A stretch of DNA of 64,000 bases from an uncultured Gammaproteobacteria bacterium (GTDB taxonomy: Bacteria; Patescibacteriota; Microgenomatia; Levybacterales; UBA12049): positions 77,774-141,773 of the forward strand of contig CAYQEJ010000001.1 in assembly GCA_964416505.1 (NCBI GenBank), read 5' to 3'. A program made the translations under genes and the position numbers. This document shows, in pieces, positions 8,768-21,775 of the stretch. Numbering within the stretch: the stretch's first letter is position 1; each line of letters opens with the position of its first letter. Under the pieces are notes generated by a model. That model saw only the letters and a program-made list of their open reading frames with translations, was not told the DNA's origin and did no database searches.

Positions 8768-10201
8768 ATGCTAAATAAACTTACCATAAAGAAAGCACAA
8801 GAAGGACTTAAAAATAAAGATTTTTCCTCAGTTGAGCTCGTAAAAGCTTGTTTCGATCAAATTAAAAAGACGAACAATAAATTAAATGTTTTTATTACTC
8901 TTACTGAAGAAGAAGCACTGAAATCTGCAAAAGAAGCCGATAGTGAGATAGCCTCGCAAGGCCAGGCCTTGGAGGCTAGGCCTTTATTGGGAATCCCTAT
9001 TGCGCTAAAAGATATGTTTAATGCAAAAGGAATAAAAACTACTGCCGGATCAAATGTTCTAAGTGATTATTTTTCCTCATATGATTCCACAGTAGTAAAA
9101 AAGCTGAAAGACGCAGGTGCTGTTATAATCGGAAAAACCAATCAGGATGCCTGGGCTCATGGATCAAGCGGAGAAAATTCAGACTTCAAACCTACTAAGA
9201 ATCCATGGAATTTAGACTATGTACCAGGTGGCTCAAGTAGCGGATCAGCTGCTGCTGTTGCATCAAATATGTCTCTCGCTTCTACTGGAACAGATACAGG
9301 AGGCTCAATTAGGCTCCCTGCAAGCTTTACAAATACCGTAGGTTTAAAACCGACGTATGGAAGAGTCTCTAGGTATGGAATAGTAGCAATGGCATCATCT
9401 CATGATTCAATTGGACATTTTACAAAAACTGTCGAAGACTCAGCGATATTTCTTGAAGCTACTGCTGGCCATGATCCACATGACGCCACAACTTCATCAA
9501 AACAAGTTCCGAATTACACAAAATCTTTAAGCAAGGAAGTTAAAGGAATGAAAATAGGATTTCATTCAGATTTTTTTGACAAAGATATAGACAAAGAGAT
9601 TGGCGAAAATTATAAGGAAACTGTGGAAAAACTTAAAGAATTAGGCGCTGAAATGGTGGATTTGCCTTCCATTTATTCAAATAATTTTGTATCAGCATAT
9701 TACATAATTCAACCTGCAGAAGTATCCTCAAACCTTGCAAGATATGACGGAATTAGGTTTGGATTATCTAGACAGAATTTTGGAGAAGAAGCAAAAAGAA
9801 GAATAATGCTTGGGACTTACGTTCTTTCATCAGGATATTATGATCAATATTATAATAAGGCTTCAAAAATCCGATCCAAACTTATAAACGATTTAGGTAA
9901 AGAATATTTTGAAAAGGTTTCAGCTGTTGTTGTCCCGACTTCTCCCACTCCTCCATGGAAGCTCGGAGAAAAAACAGATGATCCTTTAAAGATGTATCTT
10001 TCAGATGTTTTCACTGTCATAGCAAATCTGGCAGGAATTCCTGGCCTCTCAGTCCCGACTGGATTTATGAAAAATAACTTACCAATTGGCATGCAAATCC
10101 TTGGTCCACAGTTCTCTGAAGAAACACTTTTCCAAATTGGATACAACCTTGAACAGGCAACACAAAATGAAGAATGGAGAAAAAAGGAGCCAGAGCTATG
10201 A
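8768..10201 (+). CDS. gatA: Glu-tRNA(Gln)/Asp-tRNA(Asn) amidotransferase subunit A (amidase signature family)
   Basis: Amidase signature [13 protein letters not shown], Ser-cisSer-Lys catalytic context, full-length 477 aa. Contains an in-frame copy of the palindromic repeat at 8948-8982. Confidence 0.9.
   Translation: MLNKLTIKKAQEGLKNKDFSSVELVKACFDQIKKTNNKLNVFITLTEEEALKSAKEADSEIASQGQALEARPLLGIPIALKDMFNAKGIKTTAGSNVLSDYFSSYDSTVVKKLKDAGAVIIGKTNQDAWAHGSSGENSDFKPTKNPWNLDYVPGGSSSGSAAAVASNMSLASTGTDTGGSIRLPASFTNTVGLKPTYGRVSRYGIVAMASSHDSIGHFTKTVEDSAIFLEATAGHDPHDATTSSKQVPNYTKSLSKEVKGMKIGFHSDFFDKDIDKEIGENYKETVEKLKELGAEMVDLPSIYSNNFVSAYYIIQPAEVSSNLARYDGIRFGLSRQNFGEEAKRRIMLGTYVLSSGYYDQYYNKASKIRSKLINDLGKEYFEKVSAVVVPTSPTPPWKLGEKTDDPLKMYLSDVFTVIANLAGIPGLSVPTGFMKNNLPIGMQILGPQFSEETLFQIGYNLEQATQNEEWRKKEPEL
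8948..8982. repeat. Palindromic GC-rich repeat copy R2 (ATAGCCTCGCAAGGCCAGGCCTTGGAGGCTAGGCC), in-frame inside gatA
   Basis: Same core CGCAAGGCCAGGCCTTG with inverted arms AGCCTC/GAGGCT. Encodes [11 protein letters not shown] in a variable N-terminal segment of GatA. GC-rich island in AT-rich coding context. Confidence 0.75.
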
Positions 10202-11517
10202 AATATACACCAGTTATCGGGCTTGAAGTACATGTTGAACTAAAAACAAAATCCAAAATGTTTTGCGGTTGTTCCGCTGATTACTTTGGACAAAAACCAA
10301 ACACCCACACATGTCCTGTATGTCTTGGTCTTCCAGGTGCGCTTCCTGTACCAAATAAAAAAGCCATAGAATGGTGCATTATGATTGGACTTGCGTTAGG
10401 TTGCGAGATCAACAAATTTTCTAAATTCGACAGAAAAAATTATTTTTACCCAGACTTATCAAAAGGTTACCAAATTTCCCAATATGATCTGCCTTTTGCC
10501 ATTAACGGCGAAATGAAGCTATCCAGTGGAAAAATAGTAAAAATCAGACGTGTTCACATGGAAGAAGATACAGGAAAACTTTCGCACGAAACAATAGATG
10601 GCGAAAAAGTTTCCCTGATTGACTTTAACAGATCTGGAGTTCCTTTAGTTGAGATAGTTACTGAACCTGACTTCGATAATCCTGAAGACGTAAAAGAATA
10701 CCTTCAGCGTCTTCAGCAAATAGTTAGATATTTAGAAGTTTCAGATGCAGACATGGAAAAAGGAAATATGAGGCTCGAGCCAAATATTTCCCTAAGGAAA
10801 GATGGACAAACTGATTTACCACCATATAAAGTTGAGGTTAAAAATATTAATTCTTTCAATTTTGTAGTTAAAGCTATCGAATCGGAAGTCAAAAGACAAT
10901 CTGAAATTCTAGATAAAGGAGAAATACCAGCACAAGAAACCAGAGGATATGTTGAAGCAACTTCTTCTACAGTCTCACAAAGATCTAAAGAGGACGCACA
11001 GGATTATAGATATTTCCCTGATCCTGATATTCCTCCAATTAGACTTAGCGATGAAAACATTGAAACATTAAAATGCGAAATGCCTGAACTACCGGATGAA
11101 AAAATAAAAAGATTTATGGAAGTTTATGCATTAAGTGAATATGATGCTCAAATCTTAACCAAAGACAAACTAACAGCTGAATTCTTCGACAAATCAGCAA
11201 ATTTGGCACAAGAACAAAACATGAAGAGAAAAGAATTAGCAAATTATATTATTAATAAAAAGCCAGATTTAAATAAAATTTCACCCGAAGAGCTTCTAAA
11301 GATAGTTAGCGCAGCAAATAAGATTTCTGATATTGATGAAGATAAATTGAATGAAATAATTGATAAAGTTTTAGGTGAAAATGCTAAAGCTGTTGAGGAC
11401 TTCAAATCAGGAAAAGAAACAGTTATAATGTTTTTAGTAGGCGCTGTAATGCGTCAGTTCCCTGAAAAAATAGACGCAGGGAAAGTCAAGGCGAGTTTAC
11501 TCGCGAAATTAAAATAA
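10198..11517 (+). CDS. gatB: Glu-tRNA(Gln)/Asp-tRNA(Asn) amidotransferase subunit B
   Basis: [26 protein letters not shown]-terminus is diagnostic. ATG at 10198 is preceded by AAGGAG and overlaps the gatA stop (ATGA). Confidence 0.9.
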   Translation: MKYTPVIGLEVHVELKTKSKMFCGCSADYFGQKPNTHTCPVCLGLPGALPVPNKKAIEWCIMIGLALGCEINKFSKFDRKNYFYPDLSKGYQISQYDLPFAINGEMKLSSGKIVKIRRVHMEEDTGKLSHETIDGEKVSLIDFNRSGVPLVEIVTEPDFDNPEDVKEYLQRLQQIVRYLEVSDADMEKGNMRLEPNISLRKDGQTDLPPYKVEVKNINSFNFVVKAIESEVKRQSEILDKGEIPAQETRGYVEATSSTVSQRSKEDAQDYRYFPDPDIPPIRLSDENIETLKCEMPELPDEKIKRFMEVYALSEYDAQILTKDKLTAEFFDKSANLAQEQNMKRKELANYIINKKPDLNKISPEELLKIVSAANKISDIDEDKLNEIIDKVLGENAKAVEDFKSGKETVIMFLVGAVMRQFPEKIDAGKVKASLLAKLK

Positions 11518-11518
11518 T

Positions 11519-12358
11519 ATGCCAGACGGATCACCTGCTCCAACAGAAACAAAACCACCACAGAGTGAAACACAACCTATAGATCCAGCCCCAAAAGCTG
11601 AAGTTCCCAGAGTTGTGACCCCATTGAGCCAGATGCCAGAAGGAACCACCATTCCAAAAAAAACAAAAGTTCAGAAAGCAAAGCTTCAAGAGTCAAGAGC
11701 AAAACTTGAGGAAGCACAAAGATTATCTATGTATGATCAAGTAACTGGTCTTCACAACAATCGTTGGTTTGAAGAAAGGGTAGGAAATGCTATAAAAGCC
11801 TCTGAGAGAAGCGGAAAAGGTTTTTATGTTATGTTTATGGATCTAGATAAATTTAAAGATTACAATTCAAGATATGCCCATGCTGGCGGAGACAAAATCT
11901 TAAGACTTTTAAGAAGCATAAGAACAAGACCAGGAGAAGATATCGCTAGATATGGAGGAGATGAATTCGCTCAGGTTTTAAACGACGATATTTCACTAGA
12001 AGAAGCTGTAAAGGTGTCGTTAAGAAATTCAAATACTGTGGAAAGTGAAAGTAGAAATGTTATCCCCCAGATGGCAATTGTAAACGCTGATACAGCCCCT
12101 ATAGATCACGTAACCATGTCTTTAGGATTATTGGAATGTAATAGTCAAATGACATATGAACAAATCAAAGAAAGAGCCAGCGCTACAATGCTTGCAGGAA
12201 AAAACAGTGGTAGAGATTTAATTACAGTTTCAACATTGGATGGGAAAACAAAGATGTTCACAAGGGATGGAAAGGAATATATTCCGCCTGAACAACGAGG
12301 AAAACTTTATAGATTAATCGCCCCAGTTCAAAGATTATTAGGAAGAAAGGCAGCATAA
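11519..12358 (+). CDS. GGDEF-domain protein (putative diguanylate cyclase) with Pro/Thr/Glu-rich N-terminal tail
   Basis: GGDEF active-site motif RYGGDEFAQV, upstream DQVTGLHNNRWF and FMDLDKFKDYN substrate/metal-binding elements. No TM segments. Confidence 0.7.
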   Translation: MPDGSPAPTETKPPQSETQPIDPAPKAEVPRVVTPLSQMPEGTTIPKKTKVQKAKLQESRAKLEEAQRLSMYDQVTGLHNNRWFEERVGNAIKASERSGKGFYVMFMDLDKFKDYNSRYAHAGGDKILRLLRSIRTRPGEDIARYGGDEFAQVLNDDISLEEAVKVSLRNSNTVESESRNVIPQMAIVNADTAPIDHVTMSLGLLECNSQMTYEQIKERASATMLAGKNSGRDLITVSTLDGKTKMFTRDGKEYIPPEQRGKLYRLIAPVQRLLGRKAA

Positions 12359-15300
12359 TGGCAGATTTCGTACACCTTCACAATCATTCTGAATATTCTC
12401 TTTTAGATGGCCTCTCAAAAAACGTAGAAATGGTAGCTCAAGCAAAGAGCTTAGGAATGAAAGCTCTAGCGATAACTGATCACGGGAATTTATATGGAGC
12501 TATAAAGTTTTATAAGGCATGCAAGGAAGCAGGAATAAAACCAATAATAGGCTGCGAAATATATATGGCCAAGCGCACAAGACACGACAAAGAAGCTGGT
12601 AAGGATTCTGATTCAAATCATTTAATTTTGCTTGCTAAAAATGACACTGGCTACAAGAATCTTATGAAAATCATATCAGTTGCTCATTTAGAAGGATATT
12701 ATTACAAACCTCGCGCAGATATTGATCTACTTAGAGAAAATAGCGAGGGTTTGATTTGTCTAAGCGCATGCGTAAATGGATATATTTCTGAGCCCCTACT
12801 CAACAATCAGAATGAAACAGCGGAAAAAAGAGCCATGGAGCTTTCAGAAATATTCGGAAAAGATGGCTTCTATCTTGAGATTCAGAAACATTTAAATGTA
12901 AAAGATCAAGACGAATTAAATCCAAAACTCATCGAACTTTCACAAAAATTAGGTATCCCCCTTGTTGCTACAAATGACAATCACTATGTAAAAAACGGCG
13001 ATGCAGAAGCTCAAGAAGTTTTACTATGTATACAAACACAATCTACTCTAACTACTCCAAATAGAAAACTTTCAATGATTGACTCTCCTGATTTTTACAT
13101 GAAGTCACCAGAAGAAATGACAGGTCTTTTTATACAAACTCCTGAAGCAGTGGAAAACAGTGTAAAAATTGCAGAAATGTGCGATTTAGAAATTCAGCTT
13201 GGAAAATGGATCATGCCTATTTTTGATGTGCCCGATAAATCCTCTTCTGGAGATTATCTTACAAAATTGGTTTATGAAGGTTTGGAAAGAAGATATGGAA
13301 AAATAACTGATGAAATCAAACAAAGAGCAGATTATGAACTTTCTATTATTCTAAAAAAGAAATATGAAACATACTTTCTCATCGTTGCCGATTTTGTAAA
13401 TTGGGCAAAATCTCATGGTATTAGCGTTGGTCCTGGAAGAGGGTCAGCTGCTGGCTCCGTGGTTTCATTTGCTCTAAGCATAACCGATATTGACCCTTTC
13501 TTCTTTAATCTTCCTTTCGAAAGATTTTTAAACCCTGATAGACCATCTGCTCCTGATATAGATCTTGATTTTGCAGATACTAGACGAGACGAAGTAATTG
13601 AATATGTGACTCAAAAATATGGAAAAGATAAAGTTGCACAAATCATCACTTTTGGAACAATGGAAGCAAGAGGTTCAGTTAGAGATACAGGAAGAGTTAT
13701 GGGTCTTCCATATTCCGCTCCTGATAGAATCTCAAAAATGATTCCACCTGGCTGGCAGGGACACGCTATGACCTTGGATAACGCACTTGAGCAAAGCCCT
13801 GAGCTAAAAATGGCATATACTACAGAAGCCGAGACCAAAAGACTCTTGGATTTAGCCAAAAGAGTTGAAGGCGTAGCCAGACATGCTTCAGTTCATGCTG
13901 CAGGAGTAGTTATAGCTGACAAACCGATCACGCAATATACTCCCCTTCAAAAAGAAAGTAATGGAGACAAAATTATTACTCAGTATGATATGTATACTGT
14001 TGGTGAAGACGGAGTTGGACTTTTAAAAATGGACTTCTTGGGTCTTAGAAATCTGACAATTATCGAAGAGACTCTAAATTTTATAAAAACCAATAGAAAT
14101 GTAGAGATAGATCTTTCAACTCTTCCAGTAGATGATAAAAAAACTTATGATCTTTTATCCGATGCAGAAACCACAGGAATATTTCAACTTGAATCCGCAG
14201 GCATGAGAAGGTATATAAAAGATCTAAAACCTACTTCAATTTTTGATCTTATGGCAATGGTTGCTTTATATCGACCAGGTCCAATGGCCAATATTCCCGA
14301 ATTCATTGAAAGGAAAAGAGACTCATCAAAAATCTCCCTTCCCGACCCAAGACTAAAAGATGCATTAGCACAATCCTATGGAATGCTTGTGTATCAAGAT
14401 GATGTTTTGCTCACAACAATTGCTATAGCTGGATATACCTGGCTAGATGCTGATAAATTCCGCAAGGCGATGGGTAAAAAAATTCCGGCAGAAATGAAAA
14501 AACAAAAAGAACAATTTATCAAAGGCTCGATCGCCAACGGCTTACCCAAGAAAAAAGCAGAAGATATTTATAATCTGATTGCTCCATTTGCAGGATATGG
14601 ATTTAATAAAGCTCATGCAGCGTGCTACGCGACAATTGCATATAGAACTGGGTATCTAAAGGCTAACTACCCAGTTGAGTTCATGACTGCTCTTCTAACA
14701 GCAGAGTCTCGCGGTACAACTGGCCCAGTTAAAAATGAGAAAATTGCACAAGCTATTGCAGAATGTAAAAGATTAAAACTTGTTGTTCTTCCACCAGACA
14801 TAAATAAATCTGGAAAAGATTTTACGATTGAGGAAGGAGAAAAAATCAGATTCGGTCTTTCAGCTATAAAAAATGTCGGTGAAGCAGCCATCAAGAATAT
14901 AATCGAAAACAGAAATAAAGGCGAATTCAAAAGCTTTGAAGATTTTTGCAGACGCGTAGATCTTTCAACTATAAATAAAAAAACTATCGAAAGTCTTATA
15001 AAGGCAGGAGGAATGGATATTTTTGGGAATAGAGCACATCTTCTTTCAATTTATGCAAACATAGTTGAAAATATTCATAAATCAAAAAAAAGCACACTTG
15101 AAGGACAAACAAGCTTATTTGGAGAAGCAGAACCCGAAAAAGAAATTCAAAAAATGACTTCTACTGTAGAAGATTTTTCTTCTCATGAAAAATTGGCGTT
15201 TGAAAAAGAATTTCTGGGCTTTTATTTAACATCTCATCCGCAAATGAACAATTTACTGGCACTCCGATCTATAGTTAGCCACGATATTGCAGTTCTAGAA

Positions 15301-15579
15301 GAAGAAAAAGAAGGTAAATTTGTAACTGTGGGAGGAATCATTGAAACTATGAGAAAAATATTCACTAAAAAAACCGGTGCTGAGATGGCTTTTATAACTA
15401 TAGCGGATGAAAAAGGTGTGACAATCGAAATTGTAGTCTTCCCAAAAATTTATGAACGCTCTAAATCACTTCTGGCAACAGACGGACTTGTTATAGTTGA
15501 GGGGAAAATTGATACCAAAAATGATCGCCCAGTAATCCTAGCTGAAAAAATCTCAACCCTAAAGTATTCACCATCTTGA
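12358..15579 (+). CDS. dnaE: DNA polymerase III alpha subunit
   Basis: N-terminal PHP domain FVHLHNHSEYSLLDG, polymerase core motifs (GPGRGSAAGS, NKAHAACYA) and C-terminal OB fold. 1073 aa. Confidence 0.95.
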   Translation: MADFVHLHNHSEYSLLDGLSKNVEMVAQAKSLGMKALAITDHGNLYGAIKFYKACKEAGIKPIIGCEIYMAKRTRHDKEAGKDSDSNHLILLAKNDTGYKNLMKIISVAHLEGYYYKPRADIDLLRENSEGLICLSACVNGYISEPLLNNQNETAEKRAMELSEIFGKDGFYLEIQKHLNVKDQDELNPKLIELSQKLGIPLVATNDNHYVKNGDAEAQEVLLCIQTQSTLTTPNRKLSMIDSPDFYMKSPEEMTGLFIQTPEAVENSVKIAEMCDLEIQLGKWIMPIFDVPDKSSSGDYLTKLVYEGLERRYGKITDEIKQRADYELSIILKKKYETYFLIVADFVNWAKSHGISVGPGRGSAAGSVVSFALSITDIDPFFFNLPFERFLNPDRPSAPDIDLDFADTRRDEVIEYVTQKYGKDKVAQIITFGTMEARGSVRDTGRVMGLPYSAPDRISKMIPPGWQGHAMTLDNALEQSPELKMAYTTEAETKRLLDLAKRVEGVARHASVHAAGVVIADKPITQYTPLQKESNGDKIITQYDMYTVGEDGVGLLKMDFLGLRNLTIIEETLNFIKTNRNVEIDLSTLPVDDKKTYDLLSDAETTGIFQLESAGMRRYIKDLKPTSIFDLMAMVALYRPGPMANIPEFIERKRDSSKISLPDPRLKDALAQSYGMLVYQDDVLLTTIAIAGYTWLDADKFRKAMGKKIPAEMKKQKEQFIKGSIANGLPKKKAEDIYNLIAPFAGYGFNKAHAACYATIAYRTGYLKANYPVEFMTALLTAESRGTTGPVKNEKIAQAIAECKRLKLVVLPPDINKSGKDFTIEEGEKIRFGLSAIKNVGEAAIKNIIENRNKGEFKSFEDFCRRVDLSTINKKTIESLIKAGGMDIFGNRAHLLSIYANIVENIHKSKKSTLEGQTSLFGEAEPEKEIQKMTSTVEDFSSHEKLAFEKEFLGFYLTSHPQMNNLLALRSIVSHDIAVLEEEKEGKFVTVGGIIETMRKIFTKKTGAEMAFITIADEKGVTIEIVVFPKIYERSKSLLATDGLVIVEGKIDTKNDRPVILAEKISTLKYSPS

Positions 15580-15618
15580 CGCGAGGCTAGGAAGCAATGT
15601 AAAATGTAAGAGATTTAA

Positions 15619-16670
<1,052 letters not shown>

Positions 16671-16682
16671 GTTTAAAGCATT

Positions 16683-17186
16683 ATGGAATTATTAAAAGAT
16701 TTTGGGTTTGATCCCATTCTTTTAACAGCGCAGATTATTAATTTTTTAATAGTCTTAGTTGTTCTAAAGAAATTCATGTATAAGCCAGTTCTTGATATGC
16801 TTAAAAAGCGCGAGAACGAAATCAAAAAGGGTTTAAAGGATTCAGAAGAATCTCAAAAACTTCTAGTTGATGCTGAGGAAAAAGAGAAGAAAATTCTTCA
16901 GAAGGCTAGAAATGAAGCTGATCAAATGATAGCAGCTGCGAAAAAAGAAGCTGATGACTTAAAAAATGACACTCTAGAAAAGACAAGATTAGAGGCAGAG
17001 AAAATTCTAGAACAAGCAAGATCTACTATTGCCCAGGAAACAAAAATAGCTGAAGATAATCTTACAAAGAAAATAGGTCAAATTGCTGTAGCTCTTCTTG
17101 AAAAATCATTAGTTGGGTTATTTGGGGAAAAAGAACAAAAAGAAATAATGAAAAAGGCAACAGCTCAAATTCAAAGAAAAAGCTAA
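16683..17186 (+). CDS. atpF: F0F1 ATP synthase subunit b
   Basis: Single N-terminal TM followed by a long charged coiled coil (E/K/A-rich). Position between atpE and atpH. Confidence 0.8.
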   Translation: MELLKDFGFDPILLTAQIINFLIVLVVLKKFMYKPVLDMLKKRENEIKKGLKDSEESQKLLVDAEEKEKKILQKARNEADQMIAAAKKEADDLKNDTLEKTRLEAEKILEQARSTIAQETKIAEDNLTKKIGQIAVALLEKSLVGLFGEKEQKEIMKKATAQIQRKS

Positions 17187-17187
17187 T

Positions 17188-17541
17188 ATGAAAAAAGTTT
17201 TAATTAAAAAATTAGCAGATGAAAGTTTTAATAAAAATAACTTGGATGAAAAAAAAGTAGCAAGAATAGCGAAGGCATTGAAAAGAGAGGACCTAAAAGT
17301 GTATATTAAAGACCTAAAAAACATAGAAGCGAAAAATACTGTAAAAGTAACTATTCCTGCATCACGCGGAATATCAGAAATGAAAGCTTACTTTTCAAAG
17401 ATTTATCCAAATAAAAAGATAGTTGTCCAGGTAGATGATTCGCTTTTGACAGGAATAAAGGTAGTGGACTATGACAATGTTTATGAATTATCATTAAAAG
17501 GACTTTTGGAAAGCGCAATAAAAGGATATACAAATGATTGA
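17188..17541 (+). CDS. atpH: F0F1 ATP synthase subunit delta (OSCP), unusually short
   Basis: Position between atpF and atpA, with a C-terminal ...VDDSLLTGIKVVDYDNVYELSLKGLL delta-like region. Only 117 aa versus ~180 typical. Confidence 0.6.
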   Translation: MKKVLIKKLADESFNKNNLDEKKVARIAKALKREDLKVYIKDLKNIEAKNTVKVTIPASRGISEMKAYFSKIYPNKKIVVQVDDSLLTGIKVVDYDNVYELSLKGLLESAIKGYTND

Positions 17542-19060
17542 CGAAAAAAATATTATTGATTCATTAGAAAAAAACTTAATGACTTGGGGAAAAGATCCCA
17601 AGACTCATAACGTAGGGATTGTAGAAAAAAATACTGATGGAGTTATTGTCGCATCTGGACTATCTCAAGCAACTATGGGAGAGATGGTTAAGTTTGAAAA
17701 CGGAGTCTCTGGAGTAGTTCTAAATCTGGATGAAGATTATGTCTCTATAATTCTCTTAGGAGATGGAAGCGAGATCAAAGAAGGAGACAGAGTCAGAAGA
17801 ACCGAAGAAATGCTTTCCATTAATGCATCTGAAGACTTACTAGGCCGCGTTATCAATCCAATAGGAGATCCACTCGATGGAAAGCCAGCCATCAAAAAAG
17901 GGAAACTTATGCCTCTAGAGCATATCGCTCCAGGAGTAGTTGAAAGAGAAAAAGTTAATACTCCACTCAAGACTGGAATTAAAGCAATTGATGCTATGTT
18001 CCCAATTGGAAGAGGACAACGTCAACTTATTATTGGAGACAGAGGTCTTGGAAAAACTGCAATTGCAATTGACACAATAATCAATCAAAAAGAATTTAGA
18101 AAAAAAGATTCAAAGCTTAAGCCAGTGATTTGTATTTACGTAGCAATAGGGCAAAAACGTTCAACAATTGCTCAAATCATAGGAAAACTTCAAGAAACTG
18201 AAGCAATTGAATATTCAATTGTGGTTGCTGCATCTTCATCTGATCCAGCAGCACAACAATATCTTGCTCCTTATGCAGGCGCTGCAATCTCAGAATATTT
18301 CTTAGAAAAAGGACAAGATGTTTTGATTGTTTATGATGATCTTACTAAGCATGCGTGGGCATATAGACAAATATCATTGGTTCTTAAGCGCCCAGCTGGT
18401 CGCGAAGCTTATCCAGGAGACGTTTTCTATCTTCACTCTCGCCTACTTGAAAGAGCAGTGAGACTAAACGCTGAAAATGGCGGAGGAAGCGTAACAGCTC
18501 TTCCAGTAATCGAAACACAAGCAAATGATATCTCAGCATATATTCCAACAAATGTTATCTCAATTACTGATGGACAAATATTTTTACAATCTGATTTATT
18601 CAATTCTGGATTCAGACCAGCTATTAATACAGGAACGTCAGTTTCCCGTGTGGGAGGAGATGCACAAACAGGAGCAATGAAATCAGTCGCAGGAAAAATG
18701 AAACTTGAGCTTGCACAATTCGCAGAACTCGCAGCATTCTCTCAATTCGGTTCTGAACTTGATGCTGCGACTGCTCAGGCTTTAGAAAGAGGTAAAAGAA
18801 CCCAGGAAATGCTTAAACAAGGACAATACCAACCATTGAATGAAACATTTGAAATTTTAAGCATATGGTCTGTTACAAATGGATATCTAGACAATGTTCC
18901 ATTAACAGATGTGGGTAGATTTGAAAGAGAACTTCATGCTTTTGTTAAAAGAAGCAATCCAAAACTTCTTACACTTCTAGCAAGTGGAGAAAAAGTAAAA
19001 GAAGAAGCAACAAAAGAACTCGAAAAAACATTAAAAGATTTCAAGAAAGTTTTCAAATAA
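17534..19060 (+). CDS. atpA: F0F1 ATP synthase subunit alpha
   Basis: Walker A GDRGLGKT; conserved alpha motifs (REAYPGDVFYLHSRLLERA). Confidence 0.95.
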   Translation: MIDEKNIIDSLEKNLMTWGKDPKTHNVGIVEKNTDGVIVASGLSQATMGEMVKFENGVSGVVLNLDEDYVSIILLGDGSEIKEGDRVRRTEEMLSINASEDLLGRVINPIGDPLDGKPAIKKGKLMPLEHIAPGVVEREKVNTPLKTGIKAIDAMFPIGRGQRQLIIGDRGLGKTAIAIDTIINQKEFRKKDSKLKPVICIYVAIGQKRSTIAQIIGKLQETEAIEYSIVVAASSSDPAAQQYLAPYAGAAISEYFLEKGQDVLIVYDDLTKHAWAYRQISLVLKRPAGREAYPGDVFYLHSRLLERAVRLNAENGGGSVTALPVIETQANDISAYIPTNVISITDGQIFLQSDLFNSGFRPAINTGTSVSRVGGDAQTGAMKSVAGKMKLELAQFAELAAFSQFGSELDAATAQALERGKRTQEMLKQGQYQPLNETFEILSIWSVTNGYLDNVPLTDVGRFERELHAFVKRSNPKLLTLLASGEKVKEEATKELEKTLKDFKKVFK

Positions 19061-21305
<2,245 letters not shown>

Positions 21306-21309
21306 ACTT

Positions 21310-21723
21310 ATGAAACTCACAGTTGATGTCCTTACTCCCCAAGCACAGATTTATACTGGCGAAGCAGATGAAATATTAGTTCCTACCGTAAATGGACAAT
21401 TAGGAATTCTCCCAAATCACGTTTCCCTTTTTACAAAAATCGAACCTGGGGAGCTTGAAATCAAAAACTCGGGAAAATCTCACTACGTTGCTATCATGGG
21501 AGGATATCTTGAAGTGAATAAAAATAAAGTAAATGTACTTGGAGACTATGCGGTTAGAGCTGAAGATATAGAAATTGCAAAGGTAGAACAAGCCAAAGCT
21601 AAAGCTGAAAAGATGAAACAGGAAAAAATATCTATTGAAGATCTTACCAGTATCGAAGCTGATCTTCGCAGATCAATTTTACAATTGAAAGTTGCTAATC
21701 GCCGCAGATCTTCCAGAAGTTAA
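21310..21723 (+). CDS. atpC: F0F1 ATP synthase subunit epsilon
   Basis: 137 aa with an N-terminal beta-sandwich and C-terminal helical hairpin. Last gene of the operon, followed by a repeat/terminator-like hairpin. Confidence 0.85.
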   Translation: MKLTVDVLTPQAQIYTGEADEILVPTVNGQLGILPNHVSLFTKIEPGELEIKNSGKSHYVAIMGGYLEVNKNKVNVLGDYAVRAEDIEIAKVEQAKAKAEKMKQEKISIEDLTSIEADLRRSILQLKVANRRRSSRS

Positions 21724-21724
21724 T

Positions 21725-21760
21725 CCTATAACTTTAGCCTCCCAAGGCCAGGCCTTTTCT
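21725..21760. repeat. Palindromic repeat copy R3 (CCTATAACTTTAGCCTCCCAAGGCCAGGCCTT followed by a T-run), intergenic 3' of atpC
   Basis: Shares CCTATAAC and TTAGCCTC.CAAGGCCAGGCCTT with the other copies. The right arm is replaced by TTTTCT, giving a hairpin plus U-tract. Confidence 0.75.
21725..21760 (+). terminator. Putative intrinsic terminator of the atp operon, formed by repeat R3
   Basis: Stem CCCAAGG/CCTT(GG) around loop CCAGG, immediately followed by TTTTCT, 2 nt after the atpC stop. Confidence 0.35.
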
Positions 21761-21775
21761 GACTCTTTCAATAAA

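Noticed and set aside
9850-10256. Two minus-strand ORFs (127 and 63 aa) across the gatA/gatB junction
   Set aside because: Antisense to two strongly supported genes, with Cys/Phe-rich nonsense composition.
13611-14930. Short minus-strand ORFs inside dnaE
   Set aside because: Shadow ORFs within a 1073-aa conserved gene.
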